This document shows positions 43,932-52,720 of a stretch of DNA of 64,000 bases, piece by piece. The stretch comes from an uncultured archaeon (GTDB taxonomy: Archaea > Iainarchaeota > Iainarchaeia > Iainarchaeales > Iainarchaeaceae): contig CAZNZM010000002.1 in NCBI GenBank assembly GCA_964577555.1, forward strand, positions 11,741 through 75,740, read 5' to 3'. The notes under the pieces were generated by a model. That model was given only the letters and a program-made list of their open reading frames with translations. It had not been told where the DNA came from and did not search any database. The position numbers and the translations under genes were made by a program. Each line of letters starts with the position of its first letter. Position 1 is the stretch's first letter.

Positions 43932-45620
43932 ATGACTTCCATGTTGTTTCCTGCCAATAAAAAGAAAATTCTTAAGGAATCGATTACTAGGTTGTTGCAA
44001 TTAGGCATACCTGACTTGGATATTATTCAAAATCTTCAAAGTGTTGGAGTTCCTGAATCTCTTGCAAAGTCTATTTTAAAGGAAACTAAGGAAGAGTTGG
44101 CTGGAAAACAATCCAAACAATCTTTAAAGCCTGTTTCTGAAATTAAAAATTTGGTTGCTTCTGGTGAAAAACAAGTTGAAGACAAACCCGTTTCAAAAAG
44201 CGATTCCGAATCAGCAGTTTCTGGTGATGTTGAATCTGAAGAAGAATTGATTGACGAGTTTTATGATGATAGGGAAAAAGAAGATGATTCTAATTTGCCC
44301 GATTCTCTCAGCGAAATAAAAAAGTCAATAGTTGAAGATAAGGTTGAAACGGATTCCAGTTCTGGGAAAAAAAATTCTTCTTTGGAAATTGAGACTTCTG
44401 TTTCTCACGAGGCAAGCGATGTTTCTTCTCTTTGGGAGAAAGGCATACTTGCCACTGTTGATGCAAAGTTAACCGAAATGGAGCGAATAAGAGATGAATT
44501 GGACAAGGTTCTGGACCAAAAAATTTCAGAGAAAATGAAGGTTGAAATTAAGAAAGTGGAAGCTGTTCTTGAATCTGAACGCGCTCTTTTTTACAACAAA
44601 ATAGACAGCCATCTTGAATCAAAGGCCGAAGAATTAAAGAATGTGATTGCTGCACAATCCAAGCAGTTGCAGGATGTTAATGCCAAGGCTGCTGATATTC
44701 TTTCCAAGGTCGGAGTTGAAAAAAAGTTTAATGCGGAGCTTTTGAATAGTTTGAATGAAAAAATTGCCAGTATTGAGACTTTGCGTAGCCAAATGCTTTC
44801 TCAATTGAATCAATCCCAACTTGAACAGAGTTTGAAGTTCAAAAATTTTATGGATGAATCTGCAAAAAGGCGTGAGGAACTTGAGGCGAGAATTTCGAGG
44901 GCTTTGCAACTTGAATCAAAGATAGCTGAAGGGCTTATTGAGGACGCCAAGAATCGTATTGAGGAGATGAGGCTTGACAAGGATGCAGAGCTTTCAAAGA
45001 AGATTAACGAGAAAGTTAAGGAGCTTGATGATATTATTGCGAAGATTGATCCGAAGGGAATTGTTGAAACCGGCAAGCGCATTAAAATTCTTGATGAACA
45101 AGTAACCAAAAAAATAAGCGAGATTGACGCATTGTTGGAAAAGAAGTTTAATGATGCTGATCGTAAGATTGAGGAAAGCATTTCTGAAATGCAGGCCGCT
45201 TTGGAGAAAGCAGAGGATGAGAGGTTTGCAAAATTGAAGGAGGAGTATGCTCAAGCAATGGATGAGATGTTTAGCCAAGAGCTTGAAATTTGGGATAAAA
45301 AAATAAAATCCAAAGAGGAAGAAATAGAAAAGTTGAAGGAGCAGATTGATATTGAAAAATTTAATGCTTCTCTTGAGTCGCTTGATATTTTTAAGGATCA
45401 GTTTGTGAATACTATAAGCAAAAGCATTGATGATTATAACAGGGCTAAAAAGGAGCTTGCTGAAAAAGTTATTGCAAGGGACAAGGCGATTAATGATTAT
45501 TTGAAGAGAATTGATTCAAAGTTGGCTGAGTTGAGCGAGTTTCAGCAAAAGTTTTCAAAAAAGTTTGCCGAGATGTTGGACAAGACGGAAAGTTCGGTTG
45601 AGAAAAAACAAAAAAAGTAG
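43932..45620 (+). CDS. Long coiled-coil protein (filament- or scaffold-like) with an N-terminal globular domain and an acidic Ser/Glu linker.
   Basis: It is 562 aa. Continuous heptad-type E/K/L-rich sequence runs from about residue 150 to the C-terminus. No Walker or ABC motifs are present. Confidence 0.5.
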   Translation: MTSMLFPANKKKILKESITRLLQLGIPDLDIIQNLQSVGVPESLAKSILKETKEELAGKQSKQSLKPVSEIKNLVASGEKQVEDKPVSKSDSESAVSGDVESEEELIDEFYDDREKEDDSNLPDSLSEIKKSIVEDKVETDSSSGKKNSSLEIETSVSHEASDVSSLWEKGILATVDAKLTEMERIRDELDKVLDQKISEKMKVEIKKVEAVLESERALFYNKIDSHLESKAEELKNVIAAQSKQLQDVNAKAADILSKVGVEKKFNAELLNSLNEKIASIETLRSQMLSQLNQSQLEQSLKFKNFMDESAKRREELEARISRALQLESKIAEGLIEDAKNRIEEMRLDKDAELSKKINEKVKELDDIIAKIDPKGIVETGKRIKILDEQVTKKISEIDALLEKKFNDADRKIEESISEMQAALEKAEDERFAKLKEEYAQAMDEMFSQELEIWDKKIKSKEEEIEKLKEQIDIEKFNASLESLDIFKDQFVNTISKSIDDYNRAKKELAEKVIARDKAINDYLKRIDSKLAELSEFQQKFSKKFAEMLDKTESSVEKKQKK

Positions 45621-45624
45621 TTTT

Positions 45625-45940
45625 TTTTGTTTTTGTGAGTTGTTTTTTTAGGCGTTTTATTTTTTTTGTTTGGTGTTTTTTTTTGAATTTGCTTTTTTTG
45701 TGTTGTTTTTTTTGTGATTTTATTTTTTTTAATTCCAAATTGTTTTGTCTTTTTTTGTGGCTTGGATTTTTTGTTTGAATTTTTGTTTTTTTTGCGAGCC
45801 GAATTTTTTTTATTTTTGAAATTTAATTTGTTTTTTTTGTTTGATCTGATTTTTTTGCTGGCATATTTAGTTTTTTTTCTATTTTTATTTTTTTCTTTTT
45901 AATGTTTGTTTTGTTTTTTTTTGTTTTACCAAAATTATTA
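45625..45940. repeat. GCGAGCC-oligo(T) family repeat array.
   Basis: ttgcgagccgaatttttttt plus T-rich units. Confidence 0.65.
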
Positions 45941-45945
45941 TATAA
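45934..45945 (+). promoter_or_regulatory. TATA-box-like element upstream of ppsA.
   Basis: attattatataa lies about 35-40 nt upstream of ATG 45979. Confidence 0.35.
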
Positions 45946-45978
45946 CACTATTTCCTCGTAATTTAAGGTGTTTTTTTT

Positions 45979-48390
45979 ATGGATAAGAAAAACAAGATTG
46001 TTTTGTGGTTTGATGAGATTGGTATAGAGGATGTGCCTCTTGTAGGGGGCAAGAATGCTTCTTTAGGTGAGATGTATAGGCAGTTGTCTTCTAAGGGGGT
46101 TAGGGTGCCTAATGGTTTTGCGCTTACTGCTTTTGCTTATAGGCTTTTTATGGAAAAAACAGGGCTTAGGGAAATGATAAAGTCAGAGTTGAAGGGGCTT
46201 GATACAAGTGATATGGATTCGCTTGCCAAAAAGGGGCATAATATTAGGCAAATGATTGTTAAGGCTCAAATGCCTAAGGAAATTGAAGACGAGATTGTTG
46301 TTGCTTATAAGAAACTTGAAGACCAATATGGTAAGGGTGTTGATGTTGCTGTAAGGAGTTCTGCTACTGCTGAGGATTTGCCTGATGCGAGTTTTGCGGG
46401 TCAACAGGAAACTTATCTTAATGTGAGGGGTTATGCTGATGTTGTTAATGCTTCAAAAAAATGCATAGCTTCGCTTTTCACTAATAGGGCTATTTCGTAT
46501 CGTGTTGACAAGAATTTTGATCATTTTTCTATTGCCCTTTCTGTTGGCGTTCAGAAGATGGTTCGTTCCGATCTTGCGTGTAGCGGTGTGATGTTTACTA
46601 TTGATACTGAAACAGGTTTTGACAAGGTTGTGCTTATAAGCGGGGCTTGGGGGCTTGGCGAGAGTGTTGTGCAAGGGGCTGTTAATCCTGATCAGTATAT
46701 TGTTTTTAAGCCAACTCTTGAAAATGGTTTTAGGCCGATTTTGAGTAAGAAGCTGGGCGAAAAGGCTATTAAAATAGTTTATAGCCATGAGGGGCTTAAG
46801 CCTGTAAAAACAGTCAGTACTTCAGAAAGGGAGCGTCACAAGTTTACTCTTTCTGATGATGAAATTCTTCAATTGGCCAAATGGGGTGTTGAGATAGAGA
46901 AGCATTATACTTCTAAGCGTGGCAGGAAAACTCCTATGGATATTGAGTGGGCCAAGGATGGTCATACTGGGGAGCTTTTTATTGTCCAGGCTAGGCCTGA
47001 AACAGTGCAAAGCCAAAAAGATAGGAGTGTTTTTGAGCAATATGTTTTGAAGGGCAAGGGCAAGGTTTTGGTTGAAGGTGAAGCAATTGGTGAAAAAATT
47101 GGTTTTGGAAGGGCTCGTGTGATTGCTGATGTTTCAAAGATAAGCGAGTTCAGGAAAGGCGAGGTTTTGGTTACTGATACTACTGATCCTGATTGGGAGC
47201 CTATAATGAAAATTGCTTCTGCAATTGTGACTGAGCGTGGAGGCAGGACTTCTCATGCTGCTATTGTTTCTCGTGAACTTGGTATTCCTGCTATTGTTGG
47301 AACTAATAATGCTACTGAAAGGATTCGCACTGGAAAAATGGTTACTGTGTCTTGTGCTGAAGGTGAAAGGGGCAGGGTTTATGATGGCAAGTTGCAGTTT
47401 GAAGTCAGAAAGGTTGATTTAAAGTTTCTTCCAAAGACGCGTACTAAATTGATGATGAATGTTGGGAATCCTGAGCAGGCTTTGGAGTTTGCTTCTATTC
47501 CGAATGATGGTGTTGGTTTGGCTCGTGAAGAGTTTATTGTGAATTCTTATATTAAGATTCATCCTAATGCTTTGTTGCATTTTGTCGAGTTGAAGGATGA
47601 AAAGGCGAGGCATGAAATTTTGAGGTTGACTTTTGGTTACAAGGACAAGGTGCAGTTTTATATTGACAAGCTTGCTGAGGGTATTGCAATGATTTCTGCG
47701 GCGTTTTATCCTAACCCTGTAATTTTGCGGTTTTCAGATTTCAAGTCAAACGAGTATGCTAATTTGATTGGTGGCAGTCAATTTGAGCCAAAGGAAGAGA
47801 ATCCGATGATTGGTTGGCGCGGTGCTTCTCGTTATTATGATCCTAATTTTAGAGAGGCTTTTGGTTTGGAATGTGCTGCGGTAAAGAAGGTGCGCGAGGA
47901 AATGGGTCTTGTGAATTTGAAGGTTATGATTCCTTTTTGCAGAACTGTTGAAGAAGGAAGAAAGTGCATTGCTGAAATGGCTAAAAATGGGTTAAAGCAA
48001 GGCAAGGATGGTCTTGAAGTTTATGTGATGTGCGAGATACCTTCTAATGTTATTCTTGCTGAGGAGTTTTGCAAGGTTTTTGACGGTTTTTCGATTGGGA
48101 GCAATGATTTGACTCAACTTGCTCTTGGGCTTGACAGGGATTCTGGTATTGTGACTCATATTGCAAATGAAAAAAATGAGGCTGTGAAGCGATTAATCAG
48201 CCAAGTTATTAAAGTTGCCAAGTCGAATAACAAGAAGATTGGTATTTGTGGTCAAGCGCCTTCAGATTTTCCGGACTTTGCCGAATTTCTTGTTGAACAA
48301 GGCATTGATTCGATTTCGCTTAATCCTGATACTGTTTTAAAGACAAGGCAAATTATTGCAAAAAAGGAAAAAGAGCTCAAAATAATTTGA
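45979..48390 (+). CDS. ppsA: Phosphoenolpyruvate synthase (pyruvate, water dikinase).
   Basis: It has an ATP-grasp N-domain, the phosphohistidine domain GGRTSHAAIVSRELGIPAIVG, and a C-terminal PEP-utilising TIM barrel. Length is 803 aa. Confidence 0.9.
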   Translation: MDKKNKIVLWFDEIGIEDVPLVGGKNASLGEMYRQLSSKGVRVPNGFALTAFAYRLFMEKTGLREMIKSELKGLDTSDMDSLAKKGHNIRQMIVKAQMPKEIEDEIVVAYKKLEDQYGKGVDVAVRSSATAEDLPDASFAGQQETYLNVRGYADVVNASKKCIASLFTNRAISYRVDKNFDHFSIALSVGVQKMVRSDLACSGVMFTIDTETGFDKVVLISGAWGLGESVVQGAVNPDQYIVFKPTLENGFRPILSKKLGEKAIKIVYSHEGLKPVKTVSTSERERHKFTLSDDEILQLAKWGVEIEKHYTSKRGRKTPMDIEWAKDGHTGELFIVQARPETVQSQKDRSVFEQYVLKGKGKVLVEGEAIGEKIGFGRARVIADVSKISEFRKGEVLVTDTTDPDWEPIMKIASAIVTERGGRTSHAAIVSRELGIPAIVGTNNATERIRTGKMVTVSCAEGERGRVYDGKLQFEVRKVDLKFLPKTRTKLMMNVGNPEQALEFASIPNDGVGLAREEFIVNSYIKIHPNALLHFVELKDEKARHEILRLTFGYKDKVQFYIDKLAEGIAMISAAFYPNPVILRFSDFKSNEYANLIGGSQFEPKEENPMIGWRGASRYYDPNFREAFGLECAAVKKVREEMGLVNLKVMIPFCRTVEEGRKCIAEMAKNGLKQGKDGLEVYVMCEIPSNVILAEEFCKVFDGFSIGSNDLTQLALGLDRDSGIVTHIANEKNEAVKRLISQVIKVAKSNNKKIGICGQAPSDFPDFAEFLVEQGIDSISLNPDTVLKTRQIIAKKEKELKII

Positions 48391-48396
48391 TTGTTT

Positions 48397-48472
48397 TGGT
48401 GGGCCCGGCAGGAATTGAACCTGCTACCTCCACCGTGTCAAGGTGACGTCATAACCGATAGACCACGGGCCC
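48397..48472 (-). tRNA. tRNA-Val (anticodon GAC) with genomically encoded CCA.
   Basis: The minus strand reads GGGCCCG-TG-GTCT..GAC-G-TCACC-TTGACAC-GGTGG-AGGTA-GCAGG-TTCAATT-CCTGC-CGGGCCC-A-CCA. Confidence 0.85.
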
Positions 48473-48556
48473 AACAAGTTTTCGTTATTGAATTGGCTTA
48501 AATAATATTAAAAAGGTTGATTTTTTCTTTTCATTTGATGTTTTTTTTGAGTTTTT

Positions 48557-49588
48557 TTAGTTTAAAAATTTTGTTTGGTGGCAACTAAGCGTTTCTTTTT
48601 TTTGGGTTGTTTTGACAATTTTTTGTTTTTCTGTTTTGTTTAATTTTTTTAATTGTTTGCAGGTTCCGCATATTTCGCCGTTGCATGGTTCGCCGCATAT
48701 TATGCATTCTTTGAACTTTGCTTCTTTTTCTTTTTCTATTTTTTTGAGCAGTGGCTTTAATTGTTTGTGTGCTTCAAGTATTTTGAATTTTGTTCCGGGA
48801 AAATTGTTTTCCAGTTCGTTTAGCATTTGTCTGTAATAATTTCTTTTAGCCATCCAAGAGTATGGGCAACATTCTTGGCTGTAATATTCTATTCTTTTCA
48901 TGTTTGCGTATGCTATTATTTCTTTTTCTGGAGTTTCGTAGAGTGGTTTTATTCTTGGAACCAGTTTTTTGTTTTTTCTTTGTCCTGTTGTTTCTCCGCT
49001 TCGTGCAATTCTTGTCAAGTCGTTGTCTGTAATGCTCATTATTATGCTTTGGACTTCGTCGTCTAGGTTGTGTCCTGTTGCGAGTTTGTCAGCGCCTATT
49101 TCTGTTGCTTTTTCGTTTAGTATTTTTCTTCTAAAAACCCCGCAGAATGAACATGTGCTTCCAAGCGATTTGTCTTTTGTTATTTTTTCCATTGTTTCGT
49201 GCATGTCAATTCCTATTTCTTTTTCAAATTTTGCGATTTGGTATTCTATGTTGTTTTTGTCGCAGTATCTTTTTGCGATTTCTATTGCCTTGTCTCTGTA
49301 TCCTTTTATTCCTTCGTCAATCATTATTGCTGTTATTTTATTGTGTTTTGTTTTTCCGAATAGTTCGTTCAGTATGTGTAGCGTTACCATTGAGTCTTTT
49401 CCTCCTGATACTCCTACTGCTATTTTTTCTCCGTATTTTAGCATGCCTTCTTTGGCAGTGGTTTTTTTTATTCTTTTTTCAAATAGTTCGATGAAGTGCT
49501 TTTTGCACAAGTTGTGTGGCCCGTATGGCAAGACTATTGTTGTCTGTTCATTGCATCTGTCGCATTTGTTGTTTATTTTCAGTTCCAT
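48557..49588 (-). CDS. PP-loop ATPase tRNA 2-thiolation protein (NcsA/Ncs6/TtuA family).
   Basis: It has the PP-loop SGGKDS, an N-terminal Zn finger CDRC...C, and a C-terminal CIICGEPC...CGTC zinc ribbon. Confidence 0.7.
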   Translation of the reverse strand: MELKINNKCDRCNEQTTIVLPYGPHNLCKKHFIELFEKRIKKTTAKEGMLKYGEKIAVGVSGGKDSMVTLHILNELFGKTKHNKITAIMIDEGIKGYRDKAIEIAKRYCDKNNIEYQIAKFEKEIGIDMHETMEKITKDKSLGSTCSFCGVFRRKILNEKATEIGADKLATGHNLDDEVQSIIMSITDNDLTRIARSGETTGQRKNKKLVPRIKPLYETPEKEIIAYANMKRIEYYSQECCPYSWMAKRNYYRQMLNELENNFPGTKFKILEAHKQLKPLLKKIEKEKEAKFKECIICGEPCNGEICGTCKQLKKLNKTEKQKIVKTTQKKETLSCHQTKFLN

Positions 49589-49676
49589 TATTTAGAATTT
49601 TGTTTAAAAGGTTTTAAAATACTCGGGTAATTGGGTGTTCATTTTTAAATATTTTTCACTATTGTTTTCAAAATAA

Positions 49677-49686
49677 GTTTTATATT
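49677..49686 (+). promoter_or_regulatory. TATA-box-like element at the head of the superoperon (upstream of rpl15e).
   Basis: ttttatatta lies about 30 nt upstream of TTG 49706 and about 55 nt upstream of ATG 49742. Confidence 0.35.
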
Positions 49687-49741
49687 ACTTCTCTATAAGG
49701 ATTAATTGTCTAAAAGAGGATTTTTTTGTGAAGTGGTTTCA

Positions 49742-50347
49742 ATGAGTTTTTCAAAACATGTTTCAAGTACTTTCCAAAAAGAGTTCAAGAAGTCTAGAAA
49801 GGATGGCGCTTATAATTATGCCGCAATTTTTAGAAATAGGGTTATTGAGCAAAGAAAGAAGGGTGTTGCTGTTGTTAGGCTTGACGGTCCTACAAATATT
49901 CCGAGGGCTCGTTCTTTGGGTTATAAGGCTAAACAAGGTGTTTTTGTTGTATTGGTTAGGGTTAGGAAGGGTTCTGGGCTTAAAAGGAGGCCTTCTAGTG
50001 GAAGAAAGCCAAAGCAAATGGGTATTTCAAAGCTAACTAGGAGGATTTCAAGGCAGTCAATGGCTGAAATTAAGGCTTCTGCCAAATATCCTAATTGTGA
50101 AGTGTTGAATAGTTATTGGGTTGGCGAGGATGGTTTGAATACTTTTTATGAAGTCATTTTAGTTGATACAAATAGTCCTTCTGTTAAGTCTGATAAGTCT
50201 TTAAAGTGGATTTCTTCTGGTAAGCATAGGGGCAGAGCAGAGCGTGGAAAGACTTCTAGTGCAAGAAAAAGCAGGGGTTTGAAGCGTGGAAAAGGGCATG
50301 AAAAAAATTTTCCTAGTTTGAGGGCCAAGCATAGGCTTGCAAAGTGA
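49742..50347 (+). CDS. rpl15e: 50S ribosomal protein L15e.
   Basis: VVRLDGPTNIPRARSLGYKAKQG, NSYWVGEDG and the basic C-terminus match L15e. ATG 49742 was chosen; the track ORF starts at TTG 49706. Confidence 0.8.
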   Translation: MSFSKHVSSTFQKEFKKSRKDGAYNYAAIFRNRVIEQRKKGVAVVRLDGPTNIPRARSLGYKAKQGVFVVLVRVRKGSGLKRRPSSGRKPKQMGISKLTRRISRQSMAEIKASAKYPNCEVLNSYWVGEDGLNTFYEVILVDTNSPSVKSDKSLKWISSGKHRGRAERGKTSSARKSRGLKRGKGHEKNFPSLRAKHRLAK

Positions 50348-50387
50348 ATTTATTGCTATTTAATATTTTTTGTCTTAATTTTTATTC

Positions 50388-50996
50388 ATGCTTGATTTGA
50401 CATTTGGTTATTGTCCTGTTTCGGGGTTGGCTTCAAAGCTTAATGTGAAGGCTTTTGTTGTTGCCGGTTTTTTCAAAAAAGATTTGCCGAAATCAAGTGA
50501 TTTTGATTTTTATTCGTGCAGTGTTTTTTCAAAGCCTGATTTTTCTGGTTTGAAGAAATCAAGGCTTTTATCAGATTTTGTTGCTGTTGATGGTTGTTCT
50601 CCTGAATTGTGTGCTTGGGCTGCCAATTCCAAAGTTGATTTGCTTCTTCAGCCTTTTAGCGTTGAAGGAAATTTTGTTGATTCTGAAACCGCAGGTATTT
50701 TGTCTCGAAATAATGTTTTTGTCGGCATTTTGTTTTCCGAATTTTTGAAGTTGAATGGTTATCAAAGGCAGTTGTTGTTGAAAAATGCGGTTCAGTGTAT
50801 TAAGGTTCTTGAAAATGCAGGTGTAAAAATAGTTTTTTTTTCAGGTGCTGAAAACGAGTTTCAATTGCGCTCTCCTCGTGATTTTTCTTCTTTTGGAGTT
50901 TTGTTGGGTTTGAAGCGTGAAAGTGCTTTGAGGTGCGTGAAGCAAAATTTGAGTTTGTTTTTGGGGCGATTGCATGAGGGTTCCAAGTCAAATTGA
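50388..50996 (+). CDS. rnp3: RNase P protein component 3 (Rpp30).
   Basis: The C-terminal two-thirds aligns by eye to archaeal Rpp30 (VDLLLQPF..., ...IVFFSGAENEFQLRSPRDFSSFGVLLGL). Position after rpl15e agrees with the conserved order. Confidence 0.65.
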   Translation: MLDLTFGYCPVSGLASKLNVKAFVVAGFFKKDLPKSSDFDFYSCSVFSKPDFSGLKKSRLLSDFVAVDGCSPELCAWAANSKVDLLLQPFSVEGNFVDSETAGILSRNNVFVGILFSEFLKLNGYQRQLLLKNAVQCIKVLENAGVKIVFFSGAENEFQLRSPRDFSSFGVLLGLKRESALRCVKQNLSLFLGRLHEGSKSN

Positions 50997-51516
50997 ATGC
51001 GAAGAGTTATTGAAAAAATACGCTGTGCCTGAGAATATTATTGCTCATACTGCTATGGTTAGAAAGGTTGCGAATTTTCTTGCTTTAAAAATTTCAATGA
51101 GGGGTGTAAAAGTTGATTTGGAAGCTGTTGACAAAGGTGCGTTGCTTCATGATTTGATGAAAATGTATTGTATAAAGAACGGTTGCAGGCATGCTGCAGA
51201 GGCTGAGAAGGTTCTGGCTGGTTTGGGTTATCGTGAATTCGGGTTTTTGTTGAAGTTACATGGCCTTGAAGAAGTTAATTATTTTGACGATAATACTCCT
51301 ATAGAAGCTAAAATAATTTGGTATGCTGATAAAAGGGTTAATCATGATAAAGTGGTTTCTATGGATCAGCGGTATGAGTATTTGAAGGAGCGTTATGGTT
51401 CTATTTCAAAGGGAAAGATGGATGAAATAATTGGAACTGAAAAGAATTCAAAAAGGTTGGAAAAAGAATTGCTTGGTTTGGCAGGTGTTAACGAATCTTT
51501 GGAGGGTTTGTTGTGA
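50974..51516 (+). CDS. HD-domain phosphohydrolase.
   Basis: H...HD...D is arranged as HTAMV...LLHDLMK...YADKRVNHD. It is inserted between rnp3 and rnp2. Confidence 0.6.
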   Translation: MRVPSQIECEELLKKYAVPENIIAHTAMVRKVANFLALKISMRGVKVDLEAVDKGALLHDLMKMYCIKNGCRHAAEAEKVLAGLGYREFGFLLKLHGLEEVNYFDDNTPIEAKIIWYADKRVNHDKVVSMDQRYEYLKERYGSISKGKMDEIIGTEKNSKRLEKELLGLAGVNESLEGLL

Positions 51517-51854
51517 CAAAAGTTAAGAAGTTTGTTAATCCTATTCCAAGGGTTTTGCGTGGCAAGAAAAGGTATTTAAAATTTGCTTTTTTGTCTTTAA
51601 AAAGTTTTTCCGAAAAATCTGTTTGGTCTTCTGTCATGAGTGTTTTTTTTCAGCTTTTTGGCGAGGTTGGTTTGGCAAATCAGAAGCTTTGGTTTGTGTC
51701 TTGGAATCAGGATAAATGTGAAGGTATTATTCGCTGTAGCCATGATTCGGTTGAGCATGTAAAAGCCGGTTTGTTGTTTGTGCAGGAAATTGATAGTGAT
51801 AAGGTAATTCCTGTTTTGCTTAAGGTTTCTGGTTCTATTAAGAAGTTGAAGTGA
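51513..51854 (+). CDS. rnp2: RNase P protein component 2 (Pop5).
   Basis: At 113 aa, it has LRGKKRYLKFAF (an R-x-K-x-RY-type N-terminal motif). Position before psmA agrees with the conserved order. Confidence 0.55.
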   Translation: MTKVKKFVNPIPRVLRGKKRYLKFAFLSLKSFSEKSVWSSVMSVFFQLFGEVGLANQKLWFVSWNQDKCEGIIRCSHDSVEHVKAGLLFVQEIDSDKVIPVLLKVSGSIKKLK

Positions 51855-51954
51855 TTTTTTTTGGTTATTATTATTTTTTTGGTTTTTTTGAAAGTATTAT
51901 TTATATACCTTACTATAATGAAATAGTATTGTTTTTCGAAGAGAGTGATTTGTT

Positions 51955-52677
51955 TTGTATCCAAGTTCTCAGCCTGCAAACTATGATCGTGCAGCCACGA
52001 TGTTTTCGCCTGATGGAAGGCTTTATCAGGTGGAGTATGCATCTAAAATAGTTTCGCAAGGCACTATGGGTGTTGCTTGTAAGTTTTCTGATGGTGTTGT
52101 TTTTGCTGCTGATAAGAAGATAACCAGCAGGCTTTTGATTCCCGACTCTGTTGAGAAAATTTTTCCTATTGATGATCATATTATTGCGGTTTCTGCGGGG
52201 CTTGTTGGTGATGCCAGGCGTCTTATTGGCATTGCTAGGCAGAAGGCTCAAGAGAATAGGATTTATTATGATAGTGAGATTCAAATAGAGACTCTTGTTA
52301 AGGAAGTTTCAAACATAAAACAGCTTTATACTCAATATGGCGGTATGAGGCCTTTTGGCATTTCATTTATTGTTGGAGGTGTTGATAGTACTGGCAAGCG
52401 TCTTTTTGAAACAGAGCCTTCTGGTGCTCTTGCCGAATATCATGCAATTGCCATAGGCAAAAACAGGAATAAAGCCATGGATTTTTTTGAAAAGGAATAT
52501 AAGGAGAATCTTTCAAGGGATGCTGGGGTAAGGCTTTTGCTTAAAGCTCTTGAGTTTGGGCTTGACGAGAAGGAGAAGCTTGACATTAAAAGGGTTCAAG
52601 TAATGTATGTTGATTCTTCAAAAAAGTTTACTTCCATATCCCAAGAAGAGCTTAAGTTAATAATTTCAAAACAATGA
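51955..52677 (+). CDS. psmA: Proteasome alpha subunit.
   Basis: It has YDRAATMFSPDGRLYQVEYA. A TTG start is forced because an in-frame TGA lies 9 nt upstream and the conserved YDR precedes the first ATG. Confidence 0.9.
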   Translation: MYPSSQPANYDRAATMFSPDGRLYQVEYASKIVSQGTMGVACKFSDGVVFAADKKITSRLLIPDSVEKIFPIDDHIIAVSAGLVGDARRLIGIARQKAQENRIYYDSEIQIETLVKEVSNIKQLYTQYGGMRPFGISFIVGGVDSTGKRLFETEPSGALAEYHAIAIGKNRNKAMDFFEKEYKENLSRDAGVRLLLKALEFGLDEKEKLDIKRVQVMYVDSSKKFTSISQEELKLIISKQ

Positions 52678-52720
52678 GTTTTGATTGAATTTGTTTTTTT
52701 TAGGGAAAAGGTAATTTAAA

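Noticed and set aside
43932-45620. Coiled-coil protein as the missing Rad50 partner of Mre11
   Set aside because: It has no Walker A/B, ABC signature or zinc hook. It is 19 kb away from mre11 and on an unrelated transcription unit.
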